64,000 nt of DNA from an uncultured Gemmatimonadaceae bacterium (GTDB taxonomy: Bacteria > Gemmatimonadota > Gemmatimonadetes > Gemmatimonadales > Gemmatimonadaceae), in contig CAWAGQ010000004.1 in the NCBI GenBank assembly GCA_963781585.1, positions 96,001-160,000 on the forward strand. The letters run 5' to 3'. Position numbers and translations under genes: made by a program. Below are positions 50,051 through 59,446 of the stretch, one piece after another. Position 1 is the stretch's first letter. Each line of letters opens with the position of its first letter. The notes under the pieces are model-generated. The model saw nothing but the letters and a program-made list of their open reading frames with translations. It did not search any database and was not told the DNA's origin.

Positions 50051-51055
50051 ATGACAGCCGACGTTCGACTCGCGGTGGTGGGGGCGGGAGCGATTGCCCA
50101 GGTGGCGCACCTGCCCGTGCTCTCGAAGATGCGAGGGGCGCGCCTGGTCGCGCTCTGCGACAATGATCGCGCCAAGGCCCGCGCGCTGGCCGACCGGTTC
50201 GCGGTTCCCGATGTGTTTGCCGACATCGACGACCTGTTCGCGTACGACAACATGGACGCCGTCGTGATCGCGACTCCGAACCATCTTCACGAACCGCATG
50301 TCCTGGAGGCCCTGGCGGCGGGGATCGACGTCCTGTGCGAGCGGCCCCTGTCGCTGCACTCTCGAGGGGTCGAGGGCATTCTGGCCGCGGCGGCCGCCGG
50401 AGGGCGCAAGGTCCTGGTCGGGAACAACCACCGCTTCCGCAGCGACGTACAGGCGCTCGATCGCTTTCTGCGCGGCGGCGAGCTCGGAAGGCTGAACGGC
50501 ATCCGCGCGGGGTCCTATCACACGCGGGGCCTGGTGGAAGGCTGGCGGCTCCGGCGGGCCGAATCGGGCGGCGGTGCGCTTCTCGAGCATGGCTTCCCGC
50601 TCCTTGACCTCGCGCTCTGGCTTGCGGACTTTCCCCCGCCGCAGCGTGTCTGGGCGCACATGCGGCCGGGGCGCGCCGGGAACGAAGTGGAAGAGGAGGC
50701 GCTGGTCACGATCGAATGCGCGACCGGGGTGGCGTTCACGGTCGACGTGTCGTGGTCATACGTTGGCAGCGACGATCGCTGGTGGTTCGAAGCGCTGTCC
50801 TCGCGCGGGAGCGCGCGGCTGGCGCCGCTGCGCGTCCGGAAGGAGATCAATGGCAAGCCCGTGGACGTCTCTCCCATGGGGGCCGCGGCGCGGGAGAGCG
50901 CGTTCATCCAGTCGTACCGCGCCGAGCTCGCCCACTTCCTGGCCGTGGCGCGCGGCGAGAGCGCCTACGAGCCGCCCGCCGATCAGGTCGTGGTGCACCG
51001 GATCGTCGAGGCCGCGTATCGGTCCGCCGACGAGGGATGCGAAATCCGCCTGTGA
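50051..51055 (+). CDS. Gfo/Idh/MocA-family oxidoreductase
   Basis: VVGAGAIA, IATPNHLH, VLCERP, NHRF, GGGALLEHG. Confidence 0.9.
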   Translation: MTADVRLAVVGAGAIAQVAHLPVLSKMRGARLVALCDNDRAKARALADRFAVPDVFADIDDLFAYDNMDAVVIATPNHLHEPHVLEALAAGIDVLCERPLSLHSRGVEGILAAAAAGGRKVLVGNNHRFRSDVQALDRFLRGGELGRLNGIRAGSYHTRGLVEGWRLRRAESGGGALLEHGFPLLDLALWLADFPPPQRVWAHMRPGRAGNEVEEEALVTIECATGVAFTVDVSWSYVGSDDRWWFEALSSRGSARLAPLRVRKEINGKPVDVSPMGAAARESAFIQSYRAELAHFLAVARGESAYEPPADQVVVHRIVEAAYRSADEGCEIRL

Positions 51056-52392
51056 CGCCCCGGCTGCCTGACGAGCGTTGGTGGAGGTCCAGCCGCATCG
51101 CCGCGACGGTGATCACCGCGATTCTGTTCGGCGCGACGATGGCGGCTACCGCGCGTCCGCCCGAGCCGTCCCGGGCCGCCGAGCGTGACGCGACGGGTCG
51201 GAATCGCGCCGATCCGGACTCCGCCGGCGACAGCCTCTCGGTCTATCTGCTCACCGTCGGCCAGGGCGACGCCGTCTGGGAGCGCTTCGGACACAACGCC
51301 ATCGGCGTACGCGACCGGCGTACCAACAGCGACGTCCTGTACAACTGGGGCCTGTTCGACTTCGGGCAGCCCGATTTCATCGCCCGGTTCGTGCACGGCG
51401 ACATGCGGTACTGGATGGCCGGCTCTCCGGCCGCCGTGGACATCCCGTTCTACGAGCACGAGAACCGTGACATCACCATTCAGGAACTGAACCTCACGCC
51501 AGCACAGCGGCACGCGGTCCTCGCGTTCGTGCTATGGAATTCCCGTGAGGAGAACAAGTATTACCGGTACGACTACTTTCGCGACAACTGTTCCACCCGC
51601 GTTCGCGACGCGCTCGATCGGGTGCTGAATGGCGCACTCCGTGCCGCGACATCGTCCGAGATTACCACCCAGTCGTACCGCGACCATGCGCTGCGACTCA
51701 TGACCGGGGAGAAGCTGGTGGCGACGGGCATCGACATCGGGCTCGGCCGTCCGGCCGACCGTCCGATCTCGGTGTGGGATGAGATGTTCATCCCCATGCG
51801 CATGCGAGATCGCCTCCGCAGCATCCAGGTCACGGACGCGGATGGGCGCGCACTTCCATTGGTCGCTTCGGAGCGTGCGGTGTGGCGATCCGGGCGCACG
51901 CCGGAAGCGCACACGCCGCCGCGTCGCGCTCCCGCGTTCCTGCTGATCGGTACGGCGGTCGCGGCACTCCTCCTGCTGGCCGCGGGCGTGGTCGGTCCCC
52001 GCGCCACGCCGCGTGCCGGTGTGGCGCGCGCGCTCACCACCATCTGGTCTCTGCTGGTCGGAACGATCGGCGTGCTCCTGCTCTATCTGCGGTTCGGCAC
52101 CGCGCACGTCTTCGCGTACCACAATCTGAATCTTCTCCAGTACAACCCGCTGTGGTGCCTGGTGGGGCTGCTGCTCCCGTTTGCGCGGCGAGGGGCGCGA
52201 CTCGCGCGCCTCACCGTCGACATCGGGCTGTTGGGCGGCCTCCTGACCGCGGCGGCCATGGTGCTGTCGGGGCTTCCGTCGCTGCGTCAGGACAACCTCG
52301 CCGTCGTACTGCTCGCGGCGCCGGTCAATATCGCCGTCGCAGTAGTGACCTGGCGCGTTCTGTCGCTCCCCGGTGCGGATCGAGCCCGATAA
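51052..52392 (+). CDS. DUF4105 (Lnb-like) membrane protein
   Basis: LLTVGQG..WERFGHNAI, YNWGLFDF, YRYDYFRDNCSTR, MFIP, four C-terminal TMs. Confidence 0.8.
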   Translation: MTPRLPDERWWRSSRIAATVITAILFGATMAATARPPEPSRAAERDATGRNRADPDSAGDSLSVYLLTVGQGDAVWERFGHNAIGVRDRRTNSDVLYNWGLFDFGQPDFIARFVHGDMRYWMAGSPAAVDIPFYEHENRDITIQELNLTPAQRHAVLAFVLWNSREENKYYRYDYFRDNCSTRVRDALDRVLNGALRAATSSEITTQSYRDHALRLMTGEKLVATGIDIGLGRPADRPISVWDEMFIPMRMRDRLRSIQVTDADGRALPLVASERAVWRSGRTPEAHTPPRRAPAFLLIGTAVAALLLLAAGVVGPRATPRAGVARALTTIWSLLVGTIGVLLLYLRFGTAHVFAYHNLNLLQYNPLWCLVGLLLPFARRGARLARLTVDIGLLGGLLTAAAMVLSGLPSLRQDNLAVVLLAAPVNIAVAVVTWRVLSLPGADRAR

Positions 52393-54308
52393 TGGCCCTC
52401 TCGATCGGCATCGACGTGGGCGGCACGTTCACCGATCTGGTCAGCGTTGCCGACGACGGCGAAGTGGAGACCGGAAAGGTCCTGAGCACACCGGAGGACC
52501 AGAGTCAGGGCGTGGAGCGCGCGATGCGCGCCTTCGGCGCGGGGCCGGACGCGGTGGGCCGTATCGTGCACGGCACCACGGTGGTGACCAACATGCTGCT
52601 CGAACGCTCCGGGTCCCGGGTGGTGCTGTGCGCGACCGCAGCCGCCGCGGATCTGCTGGAGCTCCGCCGTCAGGAGCGCGCGTCGCTGTACGATCTGTCC
52701 GTGCATCATCCGGAGCCGCTGGTGCCGCGGGAGCGGGTGCTCGGCGTGACCGAGCGCCGCGAGCCGCAGGGCATTCGTGTTCGGCTCACGCAGGAGGAGG
52801 CCGACGACGTCGCCGAGCGAGCGGCGCGATTGGACCCCGAAGTGGTTGCGGTCTCCCTGCTCCACGCCTACCTCGACGATACCCACGAGCGTATGCTGGC
52901 CGGGGCAATCCGCCGGCGCGTCCCCGGCATCGATGTCGTGTGTTCGAGTGACGTGCTGCCGGAAATCCGGGAATACGAGCGGACGACCACGACCTGCTGC
53001 GAGGCCTATACGCGTCCTGGCGTCGGGCGGTATCTGGAGCGACTCGCCGACCGGTTGACGGGTCTCGGGTTGCCGGTCCCGGGGGTGATCGCGTCGAGCG
53101 GAGGAATGAGTACGGCGCGCGATGCCGCGCGTGCGGCGGCATCCCTGGCCCTGTCGGGTCCCGCGGGCGGAGTGGCGGGGGCGGCGCTGGTCGCCCGGAT
53201 GGCGGGGTTCGATCGCGCACTGAGCATCGACATTGGTGGCACGAGTGCCGATGCGGGGCTGGTACTCGATGGTGAGCCGCTGGTGGAGGCCGGAGGCCAG
53301 GTGGCGGGCGTGCCGATCGCCCTGCCGCGGGTGCTCGTGGAGACGGTGTCGGCTGGCGGAGGGAGCATCGGGTGGCTGGACGACGGCGGAGCGTTGCGGG
53401 TCGGTCCGCGCAGCGCCGGGGCAGTGCCGGGACCGGTGGCGTTTGCCCGCGGCGGCTCGCATCCCACCGTCACCGACGCTCACGTCGCGTTAGGCAATAT
53501 CCGGGCCGAACACATGAGCGACGAGGTGCGTCTGGACGCCGCGGCGGCGCGCACGGCGGTGAGCGCGCTGGCCCGGCGTCTGGGGGCCGACCCGGCACGG
53601 ACGGCCGAAGCGATGATCGCGGCGGCCGATGCCGCGGTGGCCCGCGCGCTCCGGCGGGTGAGCGTGGAGCGCGGCATCGACCCGCGGACCTGTGTGCTGG
53701 TGGCGTTCGGGGGTGGCGGTCCCCTGCACGCCTGTGGTCTGGCCGACCGCCTCGGCATGCGGCGTATTCTGGTGCCGCCCTGTGCCGGCGTCCTCAGCGC
53801 CCTCGGCCTGGCCGTGGCACCGGAGCGGCGCGTGGTTCTGGCCAGTGTCATGCGCTGCGTGGACGAGCTGGAGCCCGGCGCGCTCGGCCGCCTGTCCGCC
53901 GAGATGGCCGGCCGGGCCGGGACGGCGCCGAACGTGACGTGGATCGCGCGGGCGAGGTATCGCGGCCAGGGACACGAATTGGAGGTGCCGTTCGAGCCGG
54001 CTGAGTCGCCCGGGCGACTGGGGGAACGATTCGCCGCGATGCACCAGACGCGGTACGGATTCACGCTGCACCTTCCGGTGGAGGTCGTCAGCGCCCGCTG
54101 TGCCCGGTCGGGATCCTCCGTGAGCGCGGCGCTCTCCCGACGCGGACCATCGCGGTGGGCCGACGATCGCGCCACCGACGACGGCGGAGAACTCGACGCC
54201 GTGGTGGTCGGCCCGTGCGTCGTTGCGCTCCGCGACGCGACCATGCTCGTGGCTCCCGAGTGGACAGCGCGATCGCTGCCCATCGGCGGGTGGATGATGG
54301 AGCGATGA
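52392..54308 (+). CDS. Hydantoinase/5-oxoprolinase subunit A (ATP-binding)
   Basis: GIDVGGTFTD, HGTTVVTN, EIREYER, SGPAGG, DIGGTSAD, AFGGGGPLH. Confidence 0.92.
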   Translation: MALSIGIDVGGTFTDLVSVADDGEVETGKVLSTPEDQSQGVERAMRAFGAGPDAVGRIVHGTTVVTNMLLERSGSRVVLCATAAAADLLELRRQERASLYDLSVHHPEPLVPRERVLGVTERREPQGIRVRLTQEEADDVAERAARLDPEVVAVSLLHAYLDDTHERMLAGAIRRRVPGIDVVCSSDVLPEIREYERTTTTCCEAYTRPGVGRYLERLADRLTGLGLPVPGVIASSGGMSTARDAARAAASLALSGPAGGVAGAALVARMAGFDRALSIDIGGTSADAGLVLDGEPLVEAGGQVAGVPIALPRVLVETVSAGGGSIGWLDDGGALRVGPRSAGAVPGPVAFARGGSHPTVTDAHVALGNIRAEHMSDEVRLDAAAARTAVSALARRLGADPARTAEAMIAAADAAVARALRRVSVERGIDPRTCVLVAFGGGGPLHACGLADRLGMRRILVPPCAGVLSALGLAVAPERRVVLASVMRCVDELEPGALGRLSAEMAGRAGTAPNVTWIARARYRGQGHELEVPFEPAESPGRLGERFAAMHQTRYGFTLHLPVEVVSARCARSGSSVSAALSRRGPSRWADDRATDDGGELDAVVVGPCVVALRDATMLVAPEWTARSLPIGGWMMER

Positions 54309-54350
54309 AATCAGTTTTCATGCATCAGTTGTCTTTGACCCGCCTTCGTC

Positions 54351-55919
54351 ATGAGCACTGAGATCCAGCACCCGCTCCCTTTCGACCCTCTGTCGCTCAC
54401 CGTGATGTCGCATGCGGTGGCGATGGTCGCCGAGGAAATGGGAACGGTGCTGGAACGCGGTGCCCTGTCGCCGAACATCCGCGAGCGCCGCGACGCGTCG
54501 GCGGCGCTCTTCGATGCCGGCGGAAGAATGGTCGCCCAGGCCGCCCACATCCCCGTGCACCTGGGGGCGATGCCGGAGTCCGTGCGCGCCGTGCGCGAGC
54601 GCCGGCCGCGCGTGGGCGACGTGTTCCTGCTCAACGACCCATATCGCGGGGGATCGCATCTGCCCGATCTCACGATGGTCGAAGCCATCGGGCTCGGTGA
54701 GCGCATTGTTGGCTTCTCGGCCGTACGTGCCCATCACGCGGACGTGGGGGGCATGAGCCCCGGCAGCATGCCGCGCGGCGCGACCGAACTGGTGCAGGAG
54801 GGAATTGTCGTCCCGCCGGTGCGCATCGCCCGCGGCGACGCGTTCGACGAGGAGATGCTGGAATTCATCCTTGCGAACGTCCGTACACCCGAGGAGCGAC
54901 GCGGCGATCTCAAGGCGCAGCGGGCCGCGTGCGCGGCGGGACGGGATGGCTGGCTCGCGCTGCTCGCCCGTGAAGGCGAGGACCACGTGGTCGCGGCCTG
55001 CGACGCCCTGCTGGACTACACCGAGCGGCGGGCGCGGGCACGAATCAATCAGCTGCAGGGCGCCCGCGGCTCGGCGCGCGACGCGCTGGAAGGGGATGGT
55101 GTGACAGACGACCCGGTGGTTGTAGCCGTGCGTCTCGAGGCGATGTCGGACGATCGGCTGCGCCTCGACTTCACCGGAACCTCCGCGATGGTGCGGGGCA
55201 ACGTGAACTGCCCGTTCGCCGTGACTCGTGCGGCGAGCGTCTTCGTCCTGCGTACCCTGCTCGACGACGACGTACCGACCAACGACGGGATTGCGCGGGC
55301 CCTCGACCTGGTGGTTCCGGAAGGCAGCGTGATCAACGCGCGGTGGCCGGCGGCGGTGGCCGCCGGGAACGTCGAAACTTCGCAGCGGATTACGGACACC
55401 CTGTTCGCCGCCCTGGCGGACGCGGGGGTCCCCGTCCCGGCGCAGGGGCAGGGAACGATGAACAACATCACGTTCGGGGGCGACGGCTGGACGTTCTACG
55501 AAACGTTAGGCGGAGGGCAGGGCGGCGGTCCCCGTGGCGACGGACCGAGCGCCGTGCACGTGGGCATGAGCAACACGCGCAACACACCCATCGAATCGCT
55601 CGAGCAGACGTATCCGCTGCGCATCGACGAATACGCCGTGCGCCGCGATTCGGGTGGCGCCGGACGGCATCGCGGGGGTGACGGCGTGATCCGCCGGTAC
55701 CGGGTCCTGGAACGGTGCACGGTGACCCTGCTCACCGAGCGCCGGCGGCTGCAACCCGCGGGCGTGGCTGGTGGCTCCAGCGGCGCCGCCGGTGCAAATC
55801 TGCTGAACGGGGCACCTCTCCCCGCCAAATGCCGGGTGGAGCTCGCTCCCGGCGACGTCGTCACCATCATGACGCCTGGTGGCGGAGGATGGGGCGCCCC
55901 CGGCGGTCGAGACCAGTAG
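54351..55919 (+). CDS. Hydantoinase B/5-oxoprolinase subunit
   Basis: SPNIRERRD, HIPVHLG, NDPYRGGSHLPD, HHADVGG, AAGNVETSQ, TPGGGGWG. Confidence 0.92.
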   Translation: MSTEIQHPLPFDPLSLTVMSHAVAMVAEEMGTVLERGALSPNIRERRDASAALFDAGGRMVAQAAHIPVHLGAMPESVRAVRERRPRVGDVFLLNDPYRGGSHLPDLTMVEAIGLGERIVGFSAVRAHHADVGGMSPGSMPRGATELVQEGIVVPPVRIARGDAFDEEMLEFILANVRTPEERRGDLKAQRAACAAGRDGWLALLAREGEDHVVAACDALLDYTERRARARINQLQGARGSARDALEGDGVTDDPVVVAVRLEAMSDDRLRLDFTGTSAMVRGNVNCPFAVTRAASVFVLRTLLDDDVPTNDGIARALDLVVPEGSVINARWPAAVAAGNVETSQRITDTLFAALADAGVPVPAQGQGTMNNITFGGDGWTFYETLGGGQGGGPRGDGPSAVHVGMSNTRNTPIESLEQTYPLRIDEYAVRRDSGGAGRHRGGDGVIRRYRVLERCTVTLLTERRRLQPAGVAGGSSGAAGANLLNGAPLPAKCRVELAPGDVVTIMTPGGGGWGAPGGRDQ

Positions 55920-55937
55920 CAGAGCCGCGTCGTGTCG

Positions 55938-57001
55938 CTACTGCTGCTTGTTCTGTTTGCGGGCGGCTCGGGCCCCGGTCACGACATACCTCGTCTTTCC
56001 GTCCGATCCGGTGACCACTGTTCACCGCGCCACGAGCCCGTCTCGAGCCCGAATCCGTAGCGCACCGGCGCAGCTGACGTGTCGCCGGCAACCGGCACGA
56101 GGGGCGTGAGCCAGGTGCGAACGACCCCTTCGGGGAGGGCCTGGCGCCCGTCCAGCCGTCCGTCGTTCATCATGGCCATGGCGAGTCGAGCGAAATCGAG
56201 TGCACTGGTGAACGCCGAACCCGCGGGCCAGTACCGCGAGTCGTCAGGCGCCGGGCGGACGACATGCGGCGCGCCGTCGCGGTCGCGCTGGTGTCCCTGC
56301 GACAGGGGCCATGTCATCGCCTCGATAGGCCGGATGGTGGAGCGGGCCATGCCGAGTGGCGCGAAGACCTCGTCGTGCATCACATCGGCGTACGGCTTTC
56401 CCGTCGCCACGCTCAGGACGTAGCCGGCCACTACGTAACCGAGGTTGGAGTAGGAGTAGATGTCTCCCGGTTGCGTGAAGAATACGGTGTCGGTGAGCGT
56501 GGGAATGAACGCGTTCATCGCGTCGTCGTCGTGCGGTCCCGACATCGATGTGTAGTCGAGGAGCCCCGCGCTGTGCGACAGGAGCTGCCGCAGCGTCACC
56601 GCTTTCAGTCTCGGAGACGCAAGATCGGGCGCATACGTGCCGATGGGGCGATCGAGGTCGACCGTGCCACGCGCAGCCAGCGAGATCGCGGCCAGCGAGG
56701 TCATCATCTTGGTCGTCGAGCCGAGACGAAACAGGAAATCCGGCCCGACCGGCTGTCGCGTGTCCACGCTGGCAACCCCGTATCCCCTGGCGTACACGAC
56801 CTGGTCTCCCTGAACGATCACGAGCGCCGATCCGGGGGTGTGGCTCGCAGCGAGTTCCGCGGTGGCCACGGAGTCGATGCGACGAGCGGTGGCCTCCGGA
56901 AGGCTGCCCGCACTCTGGGACCGGAGCGTGCCGGGGAGCGCCAGCGCGGCGAGCACGGGGGCCGCGGCGCGGAGGACGGGAATCAGGCGGAGCGGGGCCA
57001 T
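55938..57001 (-). pseudogene. Serine hydrolase (class C beta-lactamase/DD-peptidase family), apparently internally deleted
   Basis: SxxK (STTK), LLSHSAG and YSN present. The frame breaks after YGFG..WRGEQW, before the expected HxG motif. A plausible native C-terminus lies in another frame (56018-55938). Confidence 0.7.
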
Positions 57002-57155
57002 GGCGTTCGTGTCCTAACGAGCAGCAGCTCCCGGGTTCAGCGTACGCCGGGTACAATGCGTCCGGGACGATACGCCGGCAACCATGGTCGGGATGGGGAG
57101 CGCCACCGCCCGCGCTGCCGGAAAGCAACGGTCGTGCGGCCGGGCTCCCCCGCGG

Positions 57156-58022
57156 TCAGACGGGGATTTCCAGGCCTTCGGCGGCCGCGACGACCACCAC
57201 CGAGCCGCTCCGTTCGCGCACCATCTGCCGGCAGAGCGCCAGCTGGCCCTGCAGCGATTCGTCGGTGCGCTCCGGATCGTGGTGAAAAAGCACGAGTGTC
57301 TCCACCTCGGCGGCGATCGCGAAGTCGACTGCGTCGCGATACGAGGAGTGGCCCCACCCCTGATGGTCCATGTATTCGGTTCCTGTGTACATCGCGTCGT
57401 GGATCAACACTCGGGCGTGGCGTGCGAAATCGACCAGAGCATCTCGCGTCGAGGCGTCGGCGGCGGTGTCGCCGAAGCGATCCAGCTCGTTGTCCGGGAT
57501 GAAAACAACCGATCGTTCCGGGTCCCCGCTCGGCGCAATGCGGAATCCCAGCGCGCCGCCGGGATGCCGTACGTTCATGGCGCGGATGTCGCAGCCGTTG
57601 CCCTCGAAGCGGTGCTGGGCGAGTTCGAGGAACTCCATCCGCGCGTGCAGCGCCTCGAACGCCACCGGGAAGACCACGGGACTCATCTGCTGTCGCAGCA
57701 CCACCTCCAGACTCTTCAGAAGCGCTGGCGCGCCCCAGAGACGGAAGTGGTTGCCAGTCTGGAATGCCGGAGTGAAGAAGGGAAGGCCCTGGATGTGGTC
57801 CCAGTGGGCGTGACTGAACAGGACGTCGCCGCGAATCGGACCGCCGTTCGCTCCGGCCATCAGGGATCGGCCCAGCTCGCGTATGCCGGTGCCGGCGTCA
57901 AAGATGATCAGCTGGTCATCATCCGTTCGAACCTCGACGCAGGTCGTGTTCCCACCGTAGCGGACGGTGGCCGGGCCCGGCGCGGGACAGGAGCCGCGTG
58001 TTCCCCAGAAGCGCAGACGCAT
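57156..58022 (-). CDS. MBL-fold metallo-hydrolase (RNase Z/phosphodiesterase-like)
   Basis: RFWGTRGS, YGGNTTCVE, DAGTG, SHAHWDH, GWGHS, LFHHDP. Confidence 0.9.
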   Translation of the reverse strand: MRLRFWGTRGSCPAPGPATVRYGGNTTCVEVRTDDDQLIIFDAGTGIRELGRSLMAGANGGPIRGDVLFSHAHWDHIQGLPFFTPAFQTGNHFRLWGAPALLKSLEVVLRQQMSPVVFPVAFEALHARMEFLELAQHRFEGNGCDIRAMNVRHPGGALGFRIAPSGDPERSVVFIPDNELDRFGDTAADASTRDALVDFARHARVLIHDAMYTGTEYMDHQGWGHSSYRDAVDFAIAAEVETLVLFHHDPERTDESLQGQLALCRQMVRERSGSVVVVAAAEGLEIPV

Positions 58023-58130
58023 GGGCGAGTGCCTAGCGAGTGGACGGCCCGAAGGGGCGAAGCGACGAACGGAGAGGGGAGGACAGCGGCCGGGCGACGC
58101 TCAGCGACGCGCCTGCAGCGTCCGTCCTCG

Positions 58131-58805
58131 TCACACCCGCGCCTGCGCGAGCTGTCGCAATGCGGGTCGATTCGCGACCGAGATACGGCGTCGCTCCACG
58201 CGGATGAAGCCCTGATTCTGGAAGTCGCGAATGGTGCGCGAAACGGTCTCGCGACTGGCCCCGATCATGTGGGCGATCGTCTGGTGCGTCAGCGGCTTCT
58301 CGATCGTCTCGGCCTGGCCTTCCTGTGCAAAGTCGAGGAGGAGGCGTGCGATGCGTCCGGGGACGTCGAGGAGCGCCAGTCCGTGGATCTTTGCGTCGGC
58401 GCGGCGCAGGCGGTGCGCCAGCTCCACCATCAGGGCCCAGGCGACTGCGGCATTCGACTCGACTCGGCGCCGGAAGTCGTCCCGCCGGAGCACCAGGAGG
58501 CTGGTCTCTTCCATCGCGATCACGTGGGCGGACCGGGGCTGATCGTCGATCAGCGACAGCTCCCCGAAGTGCTCGCCGACGCCGAGTACGCCGAGGATGA
58601 CCTCGCGGCCATCCTCGCCGATGAGGACAACCTTGACCCGCCCCAACCGGACCACGAAGAGCGAGTCGCCCGGATCGTCCTCGAACACGATGACGCTGCC
58701 CTTCGGATAGTTCTTCTCGCGGGTGAGTTCGGCGAACCGCGTGAGCTCGCCATCGTCGAGGCGGGAGAAGAGCGGGACGGTTCGCAGGAAGCTGGCTGTT
58801 TCCAT
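58131..58805 (-). CDS. Crp/Fnr-family transcriptional regulator (CRP-like)
   Basis: cNMP cassette FGELSLIDDQPRSA; HTH IGASRETVSR. Confidence 0.92.
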   Translation of the reverse strand: METASFLRTVPLFSRLDDGELTRFAELTREKNYPKGSVIVFEDDPGDSLFVVRLGRVKVVLIGEDGREVILGVLGVGEHFGELSLIDDQPRSAHVIAMEETSLLVLRRDDFRRRVESNAAVAWALMVELAHRLRRADAKIHGLALLDVPGRIARLLLDFAQEGQAETIEKPLTHQTIAHMIGASRETVSRTIRDFQNQGFIRVERRRISVANRPALRQLAQARV

Positions 58806-59174
58806 TCGACGAGAGGTGGTGCTGGAGGTTGGTATCTCGGGAACGGCAATGCTCACCGCGGAATGGTGAGCTCCCACTTCTGATGACGCCGGCACAGCGC
58901 ACGCGTCACGTTCCGACGGGTCCCACCGGACGCCTGGAAGGCCGTCTCCCGTTGACCGAGGTCGGGTTCGGGGCGACCGCGGCGGCTGTGTGGTGGATCA
59001 CCAGGGACGGCGAGTGCCCTCGAACGACGGAAAAGGCGCTCCATGCGCGGTGCCATGCTAAGCCGTCGTCGCGCGGAGCGCCAGAGCACTCGGAGCCCCC
59101 AATCCGCTGACGTGGTCTGTCCCGGCGTTCCCGCGAGCGGCCCCTGCGGAACCACTACCCAACTGGTTGAATTC

Positions 59175-59204
59175 TTGTGTGTTAGCGCTTGACTCGGTTA
59201 TACT
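59175..59204 (+). promoter_or_regulatory. Putative sigma-70 promoter of the rpmE-prfA operon
   Basis: TTGTGT-N18-TATACT in an AT-rich patch; GAGGT RBS at 59231. Confidence 0.5.
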
Positions 59205-59239
59205 TCTCAGCTGTTCGCTGACATGACAACGAGGTAATT

Positions 59240-59446
59240 GTGAAGCCTGGAATCCATCCGGAATACGCCACCGCTACCGTCAAATGCGCTTGCGGCCATA
59301 CCTGGCAGACACGGTCCACGGTCGGGGAGCTGCATCTCGATATCTGCTCGAATTGCCACCCCTTCTTCACCGGGAAGCAGAAGCTGGTCGACACCGCAGG
59401 TCGCGTTGAGCGCTTCCGCCAGAAGTACGCCGGGAAGAAGTCCTGA
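59240..59446 (+). CDS. rpmE: 50S ribosomal protein L31 (Zn-binding type)
   Basis: [31 protein letters not shown]. Confidence 0.97.
   Translation: MKPGIHPEYATATVKCACGHTWQTRSTVGELHLDICSNCHPFFTGKQKLVDTAGRVERFRQKYAGKKS

Noticed and set aside
58806..59170. Possible ncRNA, riboswitch or CRP site in the crp-rpmE divergent gap
   Set aside because: No recognisable RNA family motif and no TGTGA-N6-TCACA seen by eye. A covariance-model search would be needed to exclude an RNA.
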